Assembly (NCBI GenBank): GCA_013265495.1 | Contig: MU057880.1 | Coordinates: 1,394,527 to 1,458,526, forward strand | Reading direction: 5' to 3' | DNA from: Vicugna vicugna | Lineage: Eukaryota | Length of the DNA: 64,000 bases | Part shown: positions 37,081 through 50,631 of the stretch, piece after piece | Numbering within the stretch: the stretch's first letter is position 1 | Layout: each line of letters begins with the position of its first letter | Position numbers and translations under genes: made by a program | Notes under the pieces: model-generated | Told to the model about the DNA's origin: nothing | Databases searched by the model: none | The model's input: only the letters and a program-made list of their open reading frames with translations

Positions 37081-38811
37081 ATAGGATGAATTCTAGGGGC
37101 TGTAACAATTTTTCAAGTTGACAATGATAAGAATTCCTCCTCCTCCCTTATTTCTGGGGGGCAAATGACCAACTATACAAAATGGATTTTTCAGGGTCTA
37201 AGAAAATGAGACTACCGAGTGAATTGAGTTGTAATCATAGATTTGCAACCACATAGCTCTTATATTTTGAGCTCTTTCCTCTGGTACTTTTTGTTGTAAT
37301 AATAGAATTCTATGTATGAGACTTAGATAATTAAAACTCCCCTCTTTTTGTCTTTTCCTCCTGGTGAATAGTTCAAAGACCTAATTATTTTGCTCCAGAA
37401 AGAGCAGGTCACCGATAGTGACAGCGACTGAGTTTCTATTGTTACAGCTGATTTTTTTTTAATTCGCCACATAAAACAAGATGAGATTATATATCTTAGC
37501 AAAAATGCTTTCTTTCCCATTTTGCTTTTTCCCTCCCCAAAGAACAAGTCATTTTTGTGACTAATATGTTCTACTGTATCATCCTGAAAATTCAAAAATT
37601 TTTCAGTTTCTAGATGTATTTTTAGTATCAAGGCGTTTGTCTGTTAGTACAGCATATGCTTGAGAGAATTATGGAGAGAGCATTTTGTTCGGGTACAGAA
37701 ACGAATCTGATGAAAAGACTCGCCCTTTTAGGGAGAAATATCAGTTCCTGTCACTAGTTTTTAGACTGTGTATATATTTGGCCTTTTTATTCACCTATTA
37801 CTTAAAATTTAAGACATTGCTGGGCACTATTGGGAAAAAAAATGTGCTGCTAGATTTTCCAGAATAGGTTTCAAATTTACAAAGGAAAAAAGAGTAGGAA
37901 GGAATTTGTCTATGTGAATCCTTGCTTGGAGTAATAGCTTTATTCTGCAAATGATGTCTGTCAATTGCTTTTTTTTTTTCTAAGTGGAATCGTATCTTTT
38001 ATTTGATTTAAATGAAAATTTCGGAGATACATTGGCCTAGTTATTTGTCAGAGATTTCTAACATGTAACTTTGAGGTTTTCTGTCTGGGAAGCAAACAAT
38101 CTCCTATGCGCCCAACGGTTACTGTTGAGTGAAAGGACTCGGGAAATTTGCTTTCAAAATTAAAAAAAAAAAACAGTAATCCTTATTTATCTCTTTTGTA
38201 AATGTAGGCTTCTGTTCTTAGTTTTCTGGAAGTGTTTTCTACCTCTTTATACTGTTTGATCAAGGATCATGCTCATTGAACGCATCTGAAGGGTTACTAT
38301 AGATAAATAGCGACCTTAATTAAAATAGCACATTTCATCTTTAAAGAGCCAGATTTTCCAAGAGTTCATTTGTAATGTTCTGAACAATTTTATAGTTCTG
38401 TATCTATGTAAATGGGGGACATTTTCAAAAGGAAAGCATTTTCTGGGCTGTCCATTCAATGACTGTTGGCTGGGTTTGTTCTTTTCCCCTGGTACATAGA
38501 AACTGACTGTTGAAATAATTTTACCAGGGAGGCAAACGCTGTTGGTCAACGTTATCTTTTCTGGGACTGAGACATTTGGGGCTTGGAAGAGCAATCTTCA
38601 AAGTTAGTGTACTTGTTTTAACTTTCTAAAATAGCAACCTATTACTTGAAGAAAGGAAGACAGAGTTTCAAGGCTCTTGAGCAAAATAGAAATGTTTCGG
38701 GTCTACTTATTCTCTGGTACTTGTGCCTCCAGAGAATTTGGAATATGTGAACACTGGATACGACAAATTGAAATATACAAGAGAGATTTTATCGTCAGTC
38801 ACATCTATTTT

Positions 38812-38938
38812 TATTTATTTATTTTTTGGGGGGCAACTGGGTTTATGTATTTATTTTTAGAGGAGGCACTGGGGGTTGAACCCAGGACCTCGTGCATGCC
38901 AACCATGCGTTCTGCCTCTTGAGCTATACCCTCTCCCC
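38812..38938 (-). mobile_element. tRNA-Ala-derived SINE, long-tail variant
   Basis: gggggttgaacccaggacctcgtgcatgc...tgagctataccctctcccc; TSD catctatttt on both sides. Confidence 0.92.
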
Positions 38939-39198
38939 ACCTGCATCTATTTTTAGATAAAATTGCCTTAAATAAACAACTTCTACAATTTTGCAAATGT
39001 CAATCTAATATAATTTTGCAAAGCTGAACTAAGATTCTATGATTTAAAATTCTAGCGTAGTAGCTTGTGCATCTTCTGTATTCAGACTGAAGTTATCAGG
39101 TATTGAATGGAATCATCACAGTGTAAAAGCAGAACCAATTGTCATGCAAAGACTTGTTTCTCCCTTTACCAAGGTGGCCTCAAAGATGCTGTGAGCGA

Positions 39199-39222
39199 GT
39201 GTGTGTGTGTGTGTGTGTGTGT
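39199..39222. repeat. (GT)n microsatellite
   Basis: About 12 GT units. Confidence 0.9.
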
Positions 39223-39539
39223 GGTGAGATTCTCTACAAAACTGACTCAGAGAAAGATGAGTAATAATGCATGTATTCATGCAATAGGTCACTAGTTAGA
39301 CACCATTTTTTACCACTATGCTAATATTATTTCTACAAGTAAAACTCATACTGAGCCATAATATGCAATATTGTATTTATACAATTCAGGGAGTTTTTAT
39401 TATGCCACTTTATACTGAAGGGGTACAAACATTTTAAGATTTATTTATATGATACACGTAAGAGTTTCAGCCCCGTTGAGAATAGGTAATACACATGGGC
39501 TGAGAGAAAAGGCAAACGATAGAAGTAATCATCACACCT

Positions 39540-39735
39540 GCTGAACTAGGCCTTGTTCTACGTGCTTTATCAGTGCTGACTTCTCGCACAGCTTTATAAG
39601 GTACTGCGGTTACCCTCATCTTCCAAACGAGTAAACCAAGGAACAGAGAGACTGGTTAAATTATCCAAGGTAACACAGCTAACTGATGGAGAAGCCAGAG
39701 TACAAACCCAGACACTGTGGCCCCAGAGATGATGT
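39540..39735 (-). mobile_element. MIR SINE
   Basis: gagtaaaccaaggaacagagagactggttaaattatccaaggtaacacagctaac matches the reverse MIR core. Confidence 0.7.
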
Positions 39736-40662
39736 TCATCACAGCTCCGCCCCCCTCTCCTGGTCTGAGGAGATCCCAGGAGGACTTGTGCTGGCCTTCA
39801 AGGTCAAGGGCTTGCATCAGGGTCACAGCAGTGACATTCACTGTGGGAATGGTTAACCAGCTGAGTTAGCATTTGGGTGGGCAATTCGTACTGCTTCCCT
39901 TTCATGCCTACCCTGCGTTCATACTTTAATTGTCATTCAGTTAAATTAATTGCTTCATGTTTATGTTTTTTTAAAATTTAATCTAATTTTTAAATTCTGA
40001 AATTTCTCCTATCTACCCATTTTGAGAAGGACCTAATATTGTCTGATGCTTTAACTTGATAGATTACACACCCAATTTTTATTGTAGTTATAAAAAGGAA
40101 GCAAACCTTTTTTAGCTGTCACTGACTGAAAAACCTTGAAGAAAAAGTCTCATTTCTGTCCACTCGTTAATCACAAGGAAAGGTACAGCTAGGCCTCTTC
40201 TGATTATTTAAGTCATTGACTGTCTTGGGATAACATGATAGTGGACTTTTTCGGTGCTTCATCGAATTTTGTGGATCTCAAAGGTCAACATGATGAAATC
40301 ACTCATTCAAAAACTTCCGTCAGCAATACAAAGCATTGTTTGGTACGGTTATTTGGTAGAGTTCAATATGAGAAACATTGTTAGTGTATATTGCTTTTAT
40401 GTAAGTCAAAATTGTGCAGGAATAGTCAATTTACTTTGGTTTTATATTGAATAATTAGGTGAAAAATAGGATTAGTGTAAGCAGATGAAAGTCAGTAAAT
40501 CAAGCCGTGGGTAAAATTTTTTTTTTCTTGTCCTGTGCCCTGAATATTTTACATAACATTGAGCATTTGCAAGGCATTTTTTTCTTATAAATTATTTTTA
40601 TTTCTCAACAATCTAGTTTTCTTTTGGCTGATAGGAAGTTTAGAAACACGTTTGCTTTGCAG

Positions 40663-40683
40663 TCGTAGAAAGGATATAACATT
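40663..40683 (+). other. Candidate 21-nt microexon
   Basis: tttgctttgcag | TCGTAGAAAGGATATAACATT | gtgagt; prediction from splice motifs only. Confidence 0.35.
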
Positions 40684-40988
40684 GTGAGTTGCTTTCACCT
40701 GCTCTCTGTCCTGACCTTCTGTTATTTGATTTAGCATTTCTGTTGCTCTAATTCTTTTGATCTCTGACAGGTGTATTTTCTAGGCTTCACAGACGGATAT
40801 AGAGTCGGGTACAAATGATAATAAGGACAACATTTAGCCTTGCTCACTGTTTTTTGGGTGGTTTTTATTTTGGCTCTAACTTCGATTTCATATTCAGACT
40901 CTCATTGGGGCTGAAAGATAGGGGAAGACATAAACTTTGAGATGATGCAAAAAAAAACATACATCATTCATTTTCTTTATCCTTCAGA

Positions 40989-41063
40989 GCCTCTTGACTT
41001 CATGGGCCACCGAGAGTCACAGCTATGAAATCTGATTCCTTCTTAAATATTGTAATCGTCAAG
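40989..41063 (+). other. Candidate 75-nt internal exon
   Basis: Acceptor cattcattttctttatccttcag, donor AAG|gtttgc (weak). Confidence 0.3.
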
Positions 41064-43246
41064 GTTTGCAGTGGGAGGAGGGGGAGTAAGTGGATCTGAA
41101 AATCTCATCAGTGTCGGGAAAACGCACTACTTCCACGTGGTGCCCCAGCTTCCACTGCTCACCTTCCACTACTAACCTGGGGGACGCCAGCTGTGATTTT
41201 ATGAAGGTTTGGAGCCAGAGTCGGAGTCCCAGGCACATCTGGTTCTGATGCCCAGTGGCGGTGGTGGCTGATGGCAGGCTCTATCATGATGTCTCCGGGA
41301 GCACCTCCACTACCACTGGGTCCTGCCCACGCGGCTACTTTTCCAGATGCTGAGAACGTGCATTTGAAGATGCATAATTCAATGGAAACTCCTCCAGGAG
41401 ACTCGGCGACCAGCGGCCATCATTGTAGTTGGCGCTGGCAGTTACCTACGTGACAGACTTCTCTTCTCCCATTCCAGGATTTAAACATTTAATAACATCA
41501 GTACTGAGCTTCTATTATTATTCCCTGCCAGCCCATTATGGCACATTTCGTGAGTGACTGTGTTCCATTAAAATCTCACACACACGCATGCATGCGCGCC
41601 CACACAGAGTTCCTGTCCTCATGGAACTTGTGTTGAAGGCAGAAGATAGAAAATTAACCAAATAAGAAACTAAGGTAATTACCAGTTTTAAAAAGTGCTC
41701 AGAAAAAAGCTTACAGGTGCTGTTAACAGAGAGTAACGGGAGGATGGGGGCCGGATAGACCTCCAAGGATGGTCTCCATCAGGGTTAAGTTCATGTATTC
41801 CACATGTCCGATGTGTCTGTTTCTATTTGAGTGTTACTTGGTTGCATAATAGCCATTAAGCCAATTCAAAACTTTCATGAAAGTAGCAGGATGTAAATAA
41901 TACGTAGCAGAAATTGCTAGCTGCCCCACCAGTGACAGAGCTATCAATGCACAGGAAGTTTGTGACTGTAAAAGGAAACATAATTTGGAAACTAGCTTCC
42001 ACTTCAATGTGGATAATCTCAATTATATGACCAGCAGGGGCCGGTACTAAAATCCTGCAAGTCCTATATCTAGAGTGTGTTTACTCATTGTACAATCTTC
42101 TAGGGTGTCACTGACCTATATAAAGAGACGGAAAGCGATGTAAACTCTGAAATGGAGCACATGGGATTCGTACAAACTCATTCCAAATAGCAACACATGT
42201 GCCTTGAATGATGCTGAAGTTTCAGATGAAGAATGTGTACTTTAGGATCTCAGGCAGAGAAAACACTGGATGGCTGCTGCTCCAGTACAGTGATTTACCA
42301 GCCTTCTTCATGCTCAATTAGAAATTTCTAGAGCACAGAAGTTGTCGAGTCCCCCACAGAGGCTGAAAAGGAGAGCAAAGAACACAGAGTCAAGCTCCCA
42401 CCACATTTGGCTGAGTCATTAATTTTAACTGCATTGCAATCTGAGGTCTGATATGAAAGGACTGAAAGAGTCAGAAAGAAGTGGTAAAGTAGTAAGAACC
42501 AGTTAAAAAGTAGGATTCCTGTGACACACTGGAGGCTCACTGGAAAGAGCAGCATTTAAGAAGTTTTGGCTACTTCTGGGAAAAAAAATTATGGAAACAT
42601 TTTTGGGCAGCATTGGATAAACAGCACTGGATAATAAAATAACTAATCATCGAGGGTTTAACAACACGTTCTTCAGTGATGCTGCAACGTTAAAAAAAAT
42701 TCCGGTGATGGAATTAGGACTCAAAGATTTTATTAATCATTAAAAAATATAATTATTTGCATAGGAGAGTTTCTTCATTCAAAAGAAACTGGAAAACCTT
42801 TCTGATTTGCTTTATGGAAAGTCTCTGGAAACAGAGGGTAAGAAGCATGTCTTCGATACATTTCATAATCACTCACGTTTTGTCCTTCGGGTCACTGACG
42901 ACTGGTCAGGTGATGGCTGTTACCTCTTTTTCTCCTGGCACGTGGAGGTCCCACTGACATCTGGAAGATAGCTTATTTACAAACATCATTTTTAAAACGG
43001 CAGTCCACTCAAAGACACGGTCTTACAAATGGTTAGAAAAGGAGCAGTCCTACTATGATTTACATAGGGAAATGGATACAATAATAATTTTTAGTACCTA
43101 GCTGAGTGATAGGAAAAAACAAACACAGCAGTAAGTTATCCACCAGGGAGCCAGGTGAGCACATTTCCAAATGTGTGAACATAACCACGAGGCAGGATGG
43201 GTTCCAGGTTAAGTTACAAAATAAGTGAACTATGTGAGTATTTCTC

Positions 43247-43791
43247 TGGACTAGTTATCTATTGCAGCATACCAAATTTTCATTAACCTTATTGGCTAAA
43301 AGCAACCCGCATTTATCATGTCATGGTTTCTGTGGATTAGGGATCTGGCATGATTAGCTGGGTCTTCTGTCACGGGGGTCTCAGGAGGCCATGGTCAAGA
43401 TGTTGACCCATGTTAAGTTCTCATCTGAAGGCCGGACTGGGGAAGGATCTGCTGCTAAGTTTACTTTTATGGCAGTTGGTAAGATTCAGATTCTAGAGGA
43501 TAGTGAGACTGAGGGCCTGGATTCCTGACAGCTGTTAGCTGGAGACCACCCTCAGGTCCTTGCTAATATGGCCACTGGCCTCATCAGACCAGTAAGAGAG
43601 CCTACCAGCAAGGCCGACGTCACGTCTGACATGACCTAGTCACAGACCCATACCCTGCCATCTTTGACACGCTCTGCTGGTTAGAAGCAAGTCATAGGTC
43701 CCAGGACACCAATGCAGGGGATATTACACAGGATATAAGGCCAGGAGGTGAGGGGCACCACTGGGGGTCATGATGGGAGCTGTCTTCTCCA
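43247..43791 (-). mobile_element. MaLR solo LTR (MLT1F-like)
   Basis: tagttatctattgcagcatacc...catggtttctgtggattaggga...catctgaaggccggactggggaaggatctgct are characteristic reverse MLT1 blocks. Confidence 0.75.
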
Positions 43792-45465
43792 GGTTCCTTT
43801 CCTGCATTCACCACTTCTCTGCCACCTGATTTCTTCATGGGCCTAATCTTGATGAGAAAAAAAAAATCTAGCCACATCATCCCTATTAAGGAAGGAATAA
43901 TTCTATTTTGTCTGTTTTTAAAGTGTGTACTACCTCTTCTACAGAGACAATGAGGTGACTGGTCACACGTGCAGTGGAAAAAAATCACAGCAAATATAAA
44001 GTAGAAGTGACTGTCAAGATGGCATGGAAGAAAAATGGAACTTATTTTTATTAGATACACAAGGCTTTATACAGATATTATTGCTGCCCTGAGAATTTGG
44101 CTTTGATTACCCAGGAAGTTTTAAAGCAGTAAGAAAAAAAATGACTGTTTACATAGTGCTCCATGTCCTTGGATAAAATGTGCATCATTCTTCAAGGGAA
44201 ACAAAATCTTGCCTAGTATTTATTCTAAGAATAATGTGTTTTGGTTTGGTTTGATTTTTAATGGGACTTCATGTGAAGGAAACCTAGAGAAGTCATCGAA
44301 ATTTTTCCAACAAATGAAAGTATCAGTTCTGATGGGCACTTGTTGGTACATTTTTTTCCTGATAAAATCCAGAGCCTACTTTAAACACATAACTTATGGG
44401 AAAGGAATTCTGTTGAGGCCAACAAAGTGAGTTTCTCAGGGCTCAGCTTGAGCCCTGAAAATAATTGAGTCTGTGTAGATTCCAAGGTTTGTGACGAGCT
44501 CTGATTCATGGGCACTTGTTTGGCTGGGTTCTGATAACATTTCATCAATGGATATTTGGAAGCTTTACTCTGTAACCAAAGTCAGGTGTGCAGGTCTGCA
44601 GTGCGACAGTTAAGGGTAAATTCACTTGTCTGAGGAAAGTTAACACTCTGAGAAAACAGAAGAAATAACTGCACACCTTAATTTATTTTCCTGGAAAAAG
44701 CAATGGATAAGCTAAATAAATTAATCTGTAATGGTAAAATTTAAACATGGTAACACAGGACTGGGGTCTATGACCTGATGCGTGGCTGTTTGTGGAAGAC
44801 AGGTGTCAGCAGGGACCTTCCAGGCCCGAGGCCTTTCCATGAGGGCTTGCCTGCTCACAGACTCCTTTGCTTGAGGGCAATCTGGCAGGATCGACTTTCT
44901 AATCTATTGTGCTTGGGACTCTAGGGGAAACAGGGAACAGAAAAAGAAATAAAGCAGTTGTTACTCCTCAGACACTAAAAATACTGATAGTAACAGAACA
45001 GAAGGATTAGAGCAACCAATATTTGAGTTCACATTCCAAAAGGGAAATAAACTTCAGTATAAATTGATAGGCATTTTTGTCTTTGATTTAAATTCTTTTG
45101 GTTAATATTTACTCAAGGTAGAAAGGTCAAAAATACGTAGTCTTCTAAAAGAATTGTAGGTAGAGTGACATTATGTGTCTTTTTATTAATAATTAAGGAA
45201 AAATAAAATTAATAACAGAACTCCCAAGGATGCTGAAATGCGCATATGACATTTTTACGTTTATTCTAAATTTATGTAGGACATGGATGGACCAGATCAC
45301 TCTGATTTTTCTGTTTATTTTGTTTTGATTAAATTAGTATACTTCCCTTTTGTTTTTAAACATACTGTCAGCATCATGAATTTTATTAACAAATGTTTGC
45401 AGACGCTGTCCTATGTAAAGGTAACTGCCATAGGTCCCAGAATCCATTACTTAAATAAGAAGAAA

Positions 45466-45467
<2 letters not shown>

Positions 45468-45498
<31 letters not shown>
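45468..45498. repeat. Poly(A)31 homopolymer
   Basis: Uninterrupted 31-A run with no attached SINE or LINE body. Confidence 0.95.
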
Positions 45499-45500
<2 letters not shown>

Positions 45501-48327
45501 AGAAAAACTAGTTGGAGAATCAGACTACTACTAGTATCCATGATAGATTTATTGTATTTTATATTAAATTTGCATGCATAATGTGTATTGATAAATAATC
45601 AATGTCAAATGAGCTATGATGTGATGAGCTGTTGACTGTGATGGTGAGAACTGAAGGCAAGTCACTGTGGACTGAAGGGGCCAGCGCCTCATGAGTTCTC
45701 TGAAAAGCTATCGAGACACAGTCTGTATCATAAATAGGCTACTAGAGTCGGGACAGAGTTAGGAGGAAACAGAACCATCTGTCCTGCTTCCTTGACTATT
45801 AGCTAAAGTTATGGAACGTTATTGGAGTGGGTGTTAGTTATATAAGTGGCATAATAATGTATTGGTTTAAAAATGGTCTATTACCAAGAGCCAGCTCTAA
45901 TACTACAAGAGAGTCTTTTTGGAAGGGAGACACATGGCTGTTCGAAACAACATGCATTCTCTTCCCCTCTGAATCAAGGCTGCCCAGAGAGGAGCCACGA
46001 ATCCATCAGGGCTGGATCAGAGGACACTCATTTACAGCTTAGTTATATTTTGCTACACTGTTTAGATTCTGGAATAAAGACATATGATTAAAGAAGTCTG
46101 TTGTGCCGCAGCTTTCACTGACAGAATGCGAATTGATTTCGTGCCTACTGTGCCAGCAAATGATGCAGAAATCAATGTTTCTTGATTTCGAGAAGCTTTT
46201 GCAGGGCCTGGGAACCCAAATACAAACAGAGCAAACAGTATAAGCACAGACGCAGGGATAGTCAAGTGGGAATATTTCTAGCTGGTTATGATGAACAACA
46301 CGCAGCATAATTCATCTTCCAAAAGCAAAGAACAGAAAGACTTTTGGGAAAGGATCCCAGTTGGGCCCTTTTGCCACCAGATCATTTAAAAATACATCGA
46401 CTGCTTGCTATGCTCATTACACTGGCAAAAAAGCTTCTACTATCATATTTACAACTTCATACTATTAATTTAGTATTTGCACAGTACTTGATCATAAGCC
46501 ATGTTAACATTTTATTTCACTTGAGCCTCATAAGAACCATTTGAAGGGGGTCACAGATCATCATCATTGATTCAAAAGATGATCGAAAAAAGTAATGAAA
46601 GTAAAAGTTGAATACATTATTTTCAAATACCCTTCTCTTTTAGAAAAAAAATGTTTTGCTTTATCTTTTTCATCTCTGGAAGGATATCTGATTACATTTG
46701 CTCTTTCCAGGTGGTTGCGCTGGTTACAAATTATTGTTTGCTTAGTTGTCCCCCAAGGTACCCTTCCCTTTCCCACCCAACTTTTGGCTCCTCAGAGCAC
46801 GTCAGGTGGGTTCTACTTGACAGAAGGTGGTTATGATTCAAATTTTCATCACCTCATTAGTTGCTCTTCAAATGTGGTTTGCTGGGGAGGTAAGTAGTCA
46901 CCGTCTGCCCCTTGTCAAAATAAGAGAGAGTAAGACTACAGCTGTTTACCTAAAGCTATTCTGGACCCAATGGAGAGAATAAAAATAAATGTTCTCATTT
47001 TCAATTGCCTCAGGAAAAAGCCTAAAGCATCGCTAACCTGGTATTATATTTTCATGAAGTCACTTCTATTAAAATCTCAGGGCCCTGCAAAACATGATTA
47101 AGTAGTTTGTGTTGGTTTCTTACAGAAATAATGTCCAATTATAAAACTTCGAGATTGGCTCAACATGTTTTAATTCATTTAATAATGCTATTGATATCAC
47201 AAAGAGATGAAAAGCATTGATTTATGTGGAAATAGCAGAATACCTTAATGTGTAAACCTGGCTGAGCAACAATGAAAAGGAAAATATAGTTTATTCAACT
47301 TTGGATCCCTTTTGAGTTTCATAGATAGAGAATTGATATGTATTTGTGATTATTGCAAAAAGACATCTATGGTCACAGGAGGAAAATGAAGAAACAGAAG
47401 ACTAAGACATGTCAGGGTTTACGCTGGAATGTTTTGAGTGCTCACTAAATAGCTCAAAAATTCATGAGATTATGGATAGCACGTATGACTTTCAAAGGAA
47501 GTAAATATTTCACCTGGGTGAAGTTAAATATACACAAGTGGTAAGTTTTATCATTTCTCTAACAAATCTCACCCATCTTGATCCCAAGTGTTTTATTAGT
47601 GCAAGTGGCCCTACACTTGATTGCAGGAATTTTGAGTACGTTTTCTGTTGTCTATTTTCTGTTTTACGGGAGTTTTTTTCTTTTTCTACATCTCAGATTA
47701 GTGTTTTGTTTTCGAGTCGGTCAAACTCTTCCACTTTGCCACTTAATCTTTGAGGCTGTCATGGATACAGCTCTTAAGTCCTTCCAGAAAATGTTTAATT
47801 TCCTGGTTTGTGGTGAGAACCTATTCTGTTGTCTAGAGACTTGCCCAAATACAGATCCTGTACTGTTAGGCTGCCCTTGGTGGGTCCACGGAGGTTCTTT
47901 TTCCTATCAGACTCTCTTTGAATATATTTAGGGCGTGAAGTTTAATATTTTTAAATTCAAGTGGCATGTTCTGATGCTGAGCTCATGGGTATGACGGGGA
48001 AAAATTTAGCTATGCATACCTAGCTCCACTTCACTTCTACCTAGGTGTCATTGATTACTACTGTTATTCGTTGCTAAGTATGGACACTATATGGAAGCCA
48101 TTAGTGAGATTTAATTAAACAATACTAAAACTGATCAAAAGGATTAATAGATATTTAGGGATAAATGGTCAGAAATTACATGTCATATCTAAGAAGGACT
48201 ATTTTCCCCAGAGCTTAAAGATGGCATAGAAAATCAATAGTAAAGTTATGGTACACATCAGGAAGAAAGAAAAGCTGGTGAGTGATTTTGATAATTATCT
48301 CAGAGGACAGATTTTGGCCACTAGTCT

Positions 48328-48949
48328 CAAAAAACACCTGCACCCCAATGTTCATAGCAGCACTATTTACAATAGCCAAGCCATGGAAATAGCCTAAATG
48401 TCCATCAACAGGTGACTGGATAAAGAAGATGTGGTATATTTATACAATGGAATACTATTCAGCCATAAAAATGACAACATAACGCCATTTGCAGCAACAC
48501 GGATGTCCCTGGAGAATGTCATTCTAAGTGAAGTAAGCCAGAAAGAGAAAGAAAAATACTATATGAGATCACTCATGTGTGGAATCCAAAAAAAAAAAAA
48601 AGAACATAAATACAAAACAGAAACAGACTCATAAACATAGAATACAAACTTGTGGTTGCCAAGGGGGCGGGGGGTAGGAAGGGACAGATTGGGATTTCAA
48701 AATTTGTAGATACTGACAGGTATATGCAGAATAGATAAACAAGATTATACTGTATAGCACAGGGAAATATATACAAGATCTTGTGGTAGCTCACAGTGAA
48801 AAAAAATGTGACAATGAATATATGTATGTTCAGGTATAACTGAAAAATTGTGCTCTCCACTGGAATTTGACACAACATTGTAAAATGACTATAACTCAAT
48901 AAAAAATGTTTAAAAAATTAAAAAAAAAATAAGACCTAAAAAAAAAAAA
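48328..48949 (+). mobile_element. Young LINE-1 3' portion (ORF2 end + 3'UTR + tail)
   Basis: cacctgcaccccaatgttcatagcagcactatttacaatagcc...; translation includes PFAATRMSLENVILSEVSQ, the ORF2 C-terminus. Confidence 0.95.
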
Positions 48950-48950
48950 C

Positions 48951-49449
48951 AGCTGTGGTATATTTATACAACGGAATACTACTCAGCCATAACAATTAAT
49001 AAAATAATGCCATTTGCAGCAACATGGATGGACCTAGAGATTGTCATTCTAAGTGAAGTAAGCCAGAAAGAAAAAAAAAATACCATATGATATCACTTAT
49101 ATGTGGAATCTAAAAAAAAAGATAGACAAACTTATTTACAAAACAGAAACAGACTCACAGACATAGAAAACAAACTTATGGTTACCAGGAGGGGAAGGGA
49201 GTGGGAAGGGATAAATTGGGAGTTCGAGATTTGCAGATACTAAGTACTATATATGAAATAGATATACAAGTTTCTTCTGTAGAGCACAGGGAACTATATT
49301 TAATGTCCTGTAGTAACCTATGGTGACAAAGAATAGGAAAACAAATATACGTATCTCCCTATATGACTGAAGCACTGTGCTGTACACCAGAAATTGACAC
49401 AACATTGTAAACTGACTGCACTTCAATAAAAATGTGTTAAAAAAATAAA
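48951..49449 (+). mobile_element. Second LINE-1 3' portion, different subfamily, in tandem
   Basis: Distinct 3'UTR type (cttatttacaaaacagaaacagactcacagac...), own AATAAA and tail. Confidence 0.95.
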
Positions 49450-50151
49450 TAGTTGATTTAGTTGCTTAGCTGAAGTTGTCTGCTCCTTAGGTGTAACCTT
49501 GCACCTGTGAGACACTTCCAAGGTGCTAGACCTCGGTCCCCTACACTTGAAATTGTCTTTCCGCGCTGATGTCAGTGCTGTTCTCCACAAGGATACTGTT
49601 TGCTGGTGGGAGAGATCCGGCAGATAGACCGATAGAATGTGCTGGTTTCAGAACTTATTACAACTGCCAAGTCTATGCCTGGAGCGAAGGCCAAGTTTTC
49701 CACAGATGAAAGGTAATTCAGCATTGGCTCTGGGCCCACTTCCCCTCAGGAAAAAAAAACTGCCAATTGAGCTGTTTTGGTTTAAAACAGGATGTCGGGC
49801 TAATTTTATCTTTGTTTTTTTTCTTGTGCTACTTCTTTGTCCAGCTCAGCAATCCGATATTCCTGTTTGGGCATAAGACTGCTGTTCAGAGTGAGGAAAT
49901 GATGGCCTCATCGAAAGGACAAATATTCGCTTGGAAATACTAGAAAAGTCATTCTACTCCAGTCCTTCAGCAACTCTTGTTTTCTTCCAGAGAAATAAGT
50001 TTTTGCAGGCACGTGGCATTTTTCATCATCTCACGCTCCTTAGTGGGGTGTAGGAGGAAGTGGTCTGTGGCAGCTTCTGGGAGCATCCTCTCAGAAACGC
50101 TGGAGGAGACTTTCTGCCCTGTCTCCCCTTTTTCCATCCTGTGGTTTGAAA

Positions 50152-50631
50152 TGAGGGGTTCAAGGCAGGCTGCCGCAGAACGGGCCACTTTGGCACCTGG
50201 AGATTTCAAGCTGAAGACAGTGGGGGCCCAGCAGACTCAGGAATAGCTTTTACCTTCCCCTTAACTGCCTAGAAGTATTAAGACAGGGTCTATACCAGGA
50301 AGACAGCTGTTACTTGAGATAACTTCTTGTATCAGAAGGACTTCCTTGCACGGCAGGACAAACATCTGTTTACCAAACGCTTGCTCTCCTCATCTGCCTG
50401 TGAATTGTCTTCCTCCCCTTTGAAACCCCAGACCCCTGCCCCCTTTTCTTTAGCTCAGGATGACATATAAATCTTAGTCGCCTGAGTGGCTGGGAGTCTC
50501 CTATCTTTATAGGACTCCTGTTTGTACGTAATTACATTTTTCCCCTGCTATTAACGTGTCTCATGCTAATTTACTTGTTAGGCAAGCCAAAGAACCTAGA
50601 AGGGAAGATGGAAAATTTTTTCCTGCCAACA
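50152..50631 (+). mobile_element. Solo ERV1 LTR (MER34/MER39-like)
   Basis: TGA start, gccactttggca...agctgaag, tataaa ~50467, ends gccaaagaacctagaaggg...ttttcctgccaACA. Confidence 0.7.

Noticed and set aside
299..38938. tRNA-Ala-like sequences as tRNA genes
   Set aside because: All have A-rich tails, most have TSDs, and stems are broken; they are SINE copies.
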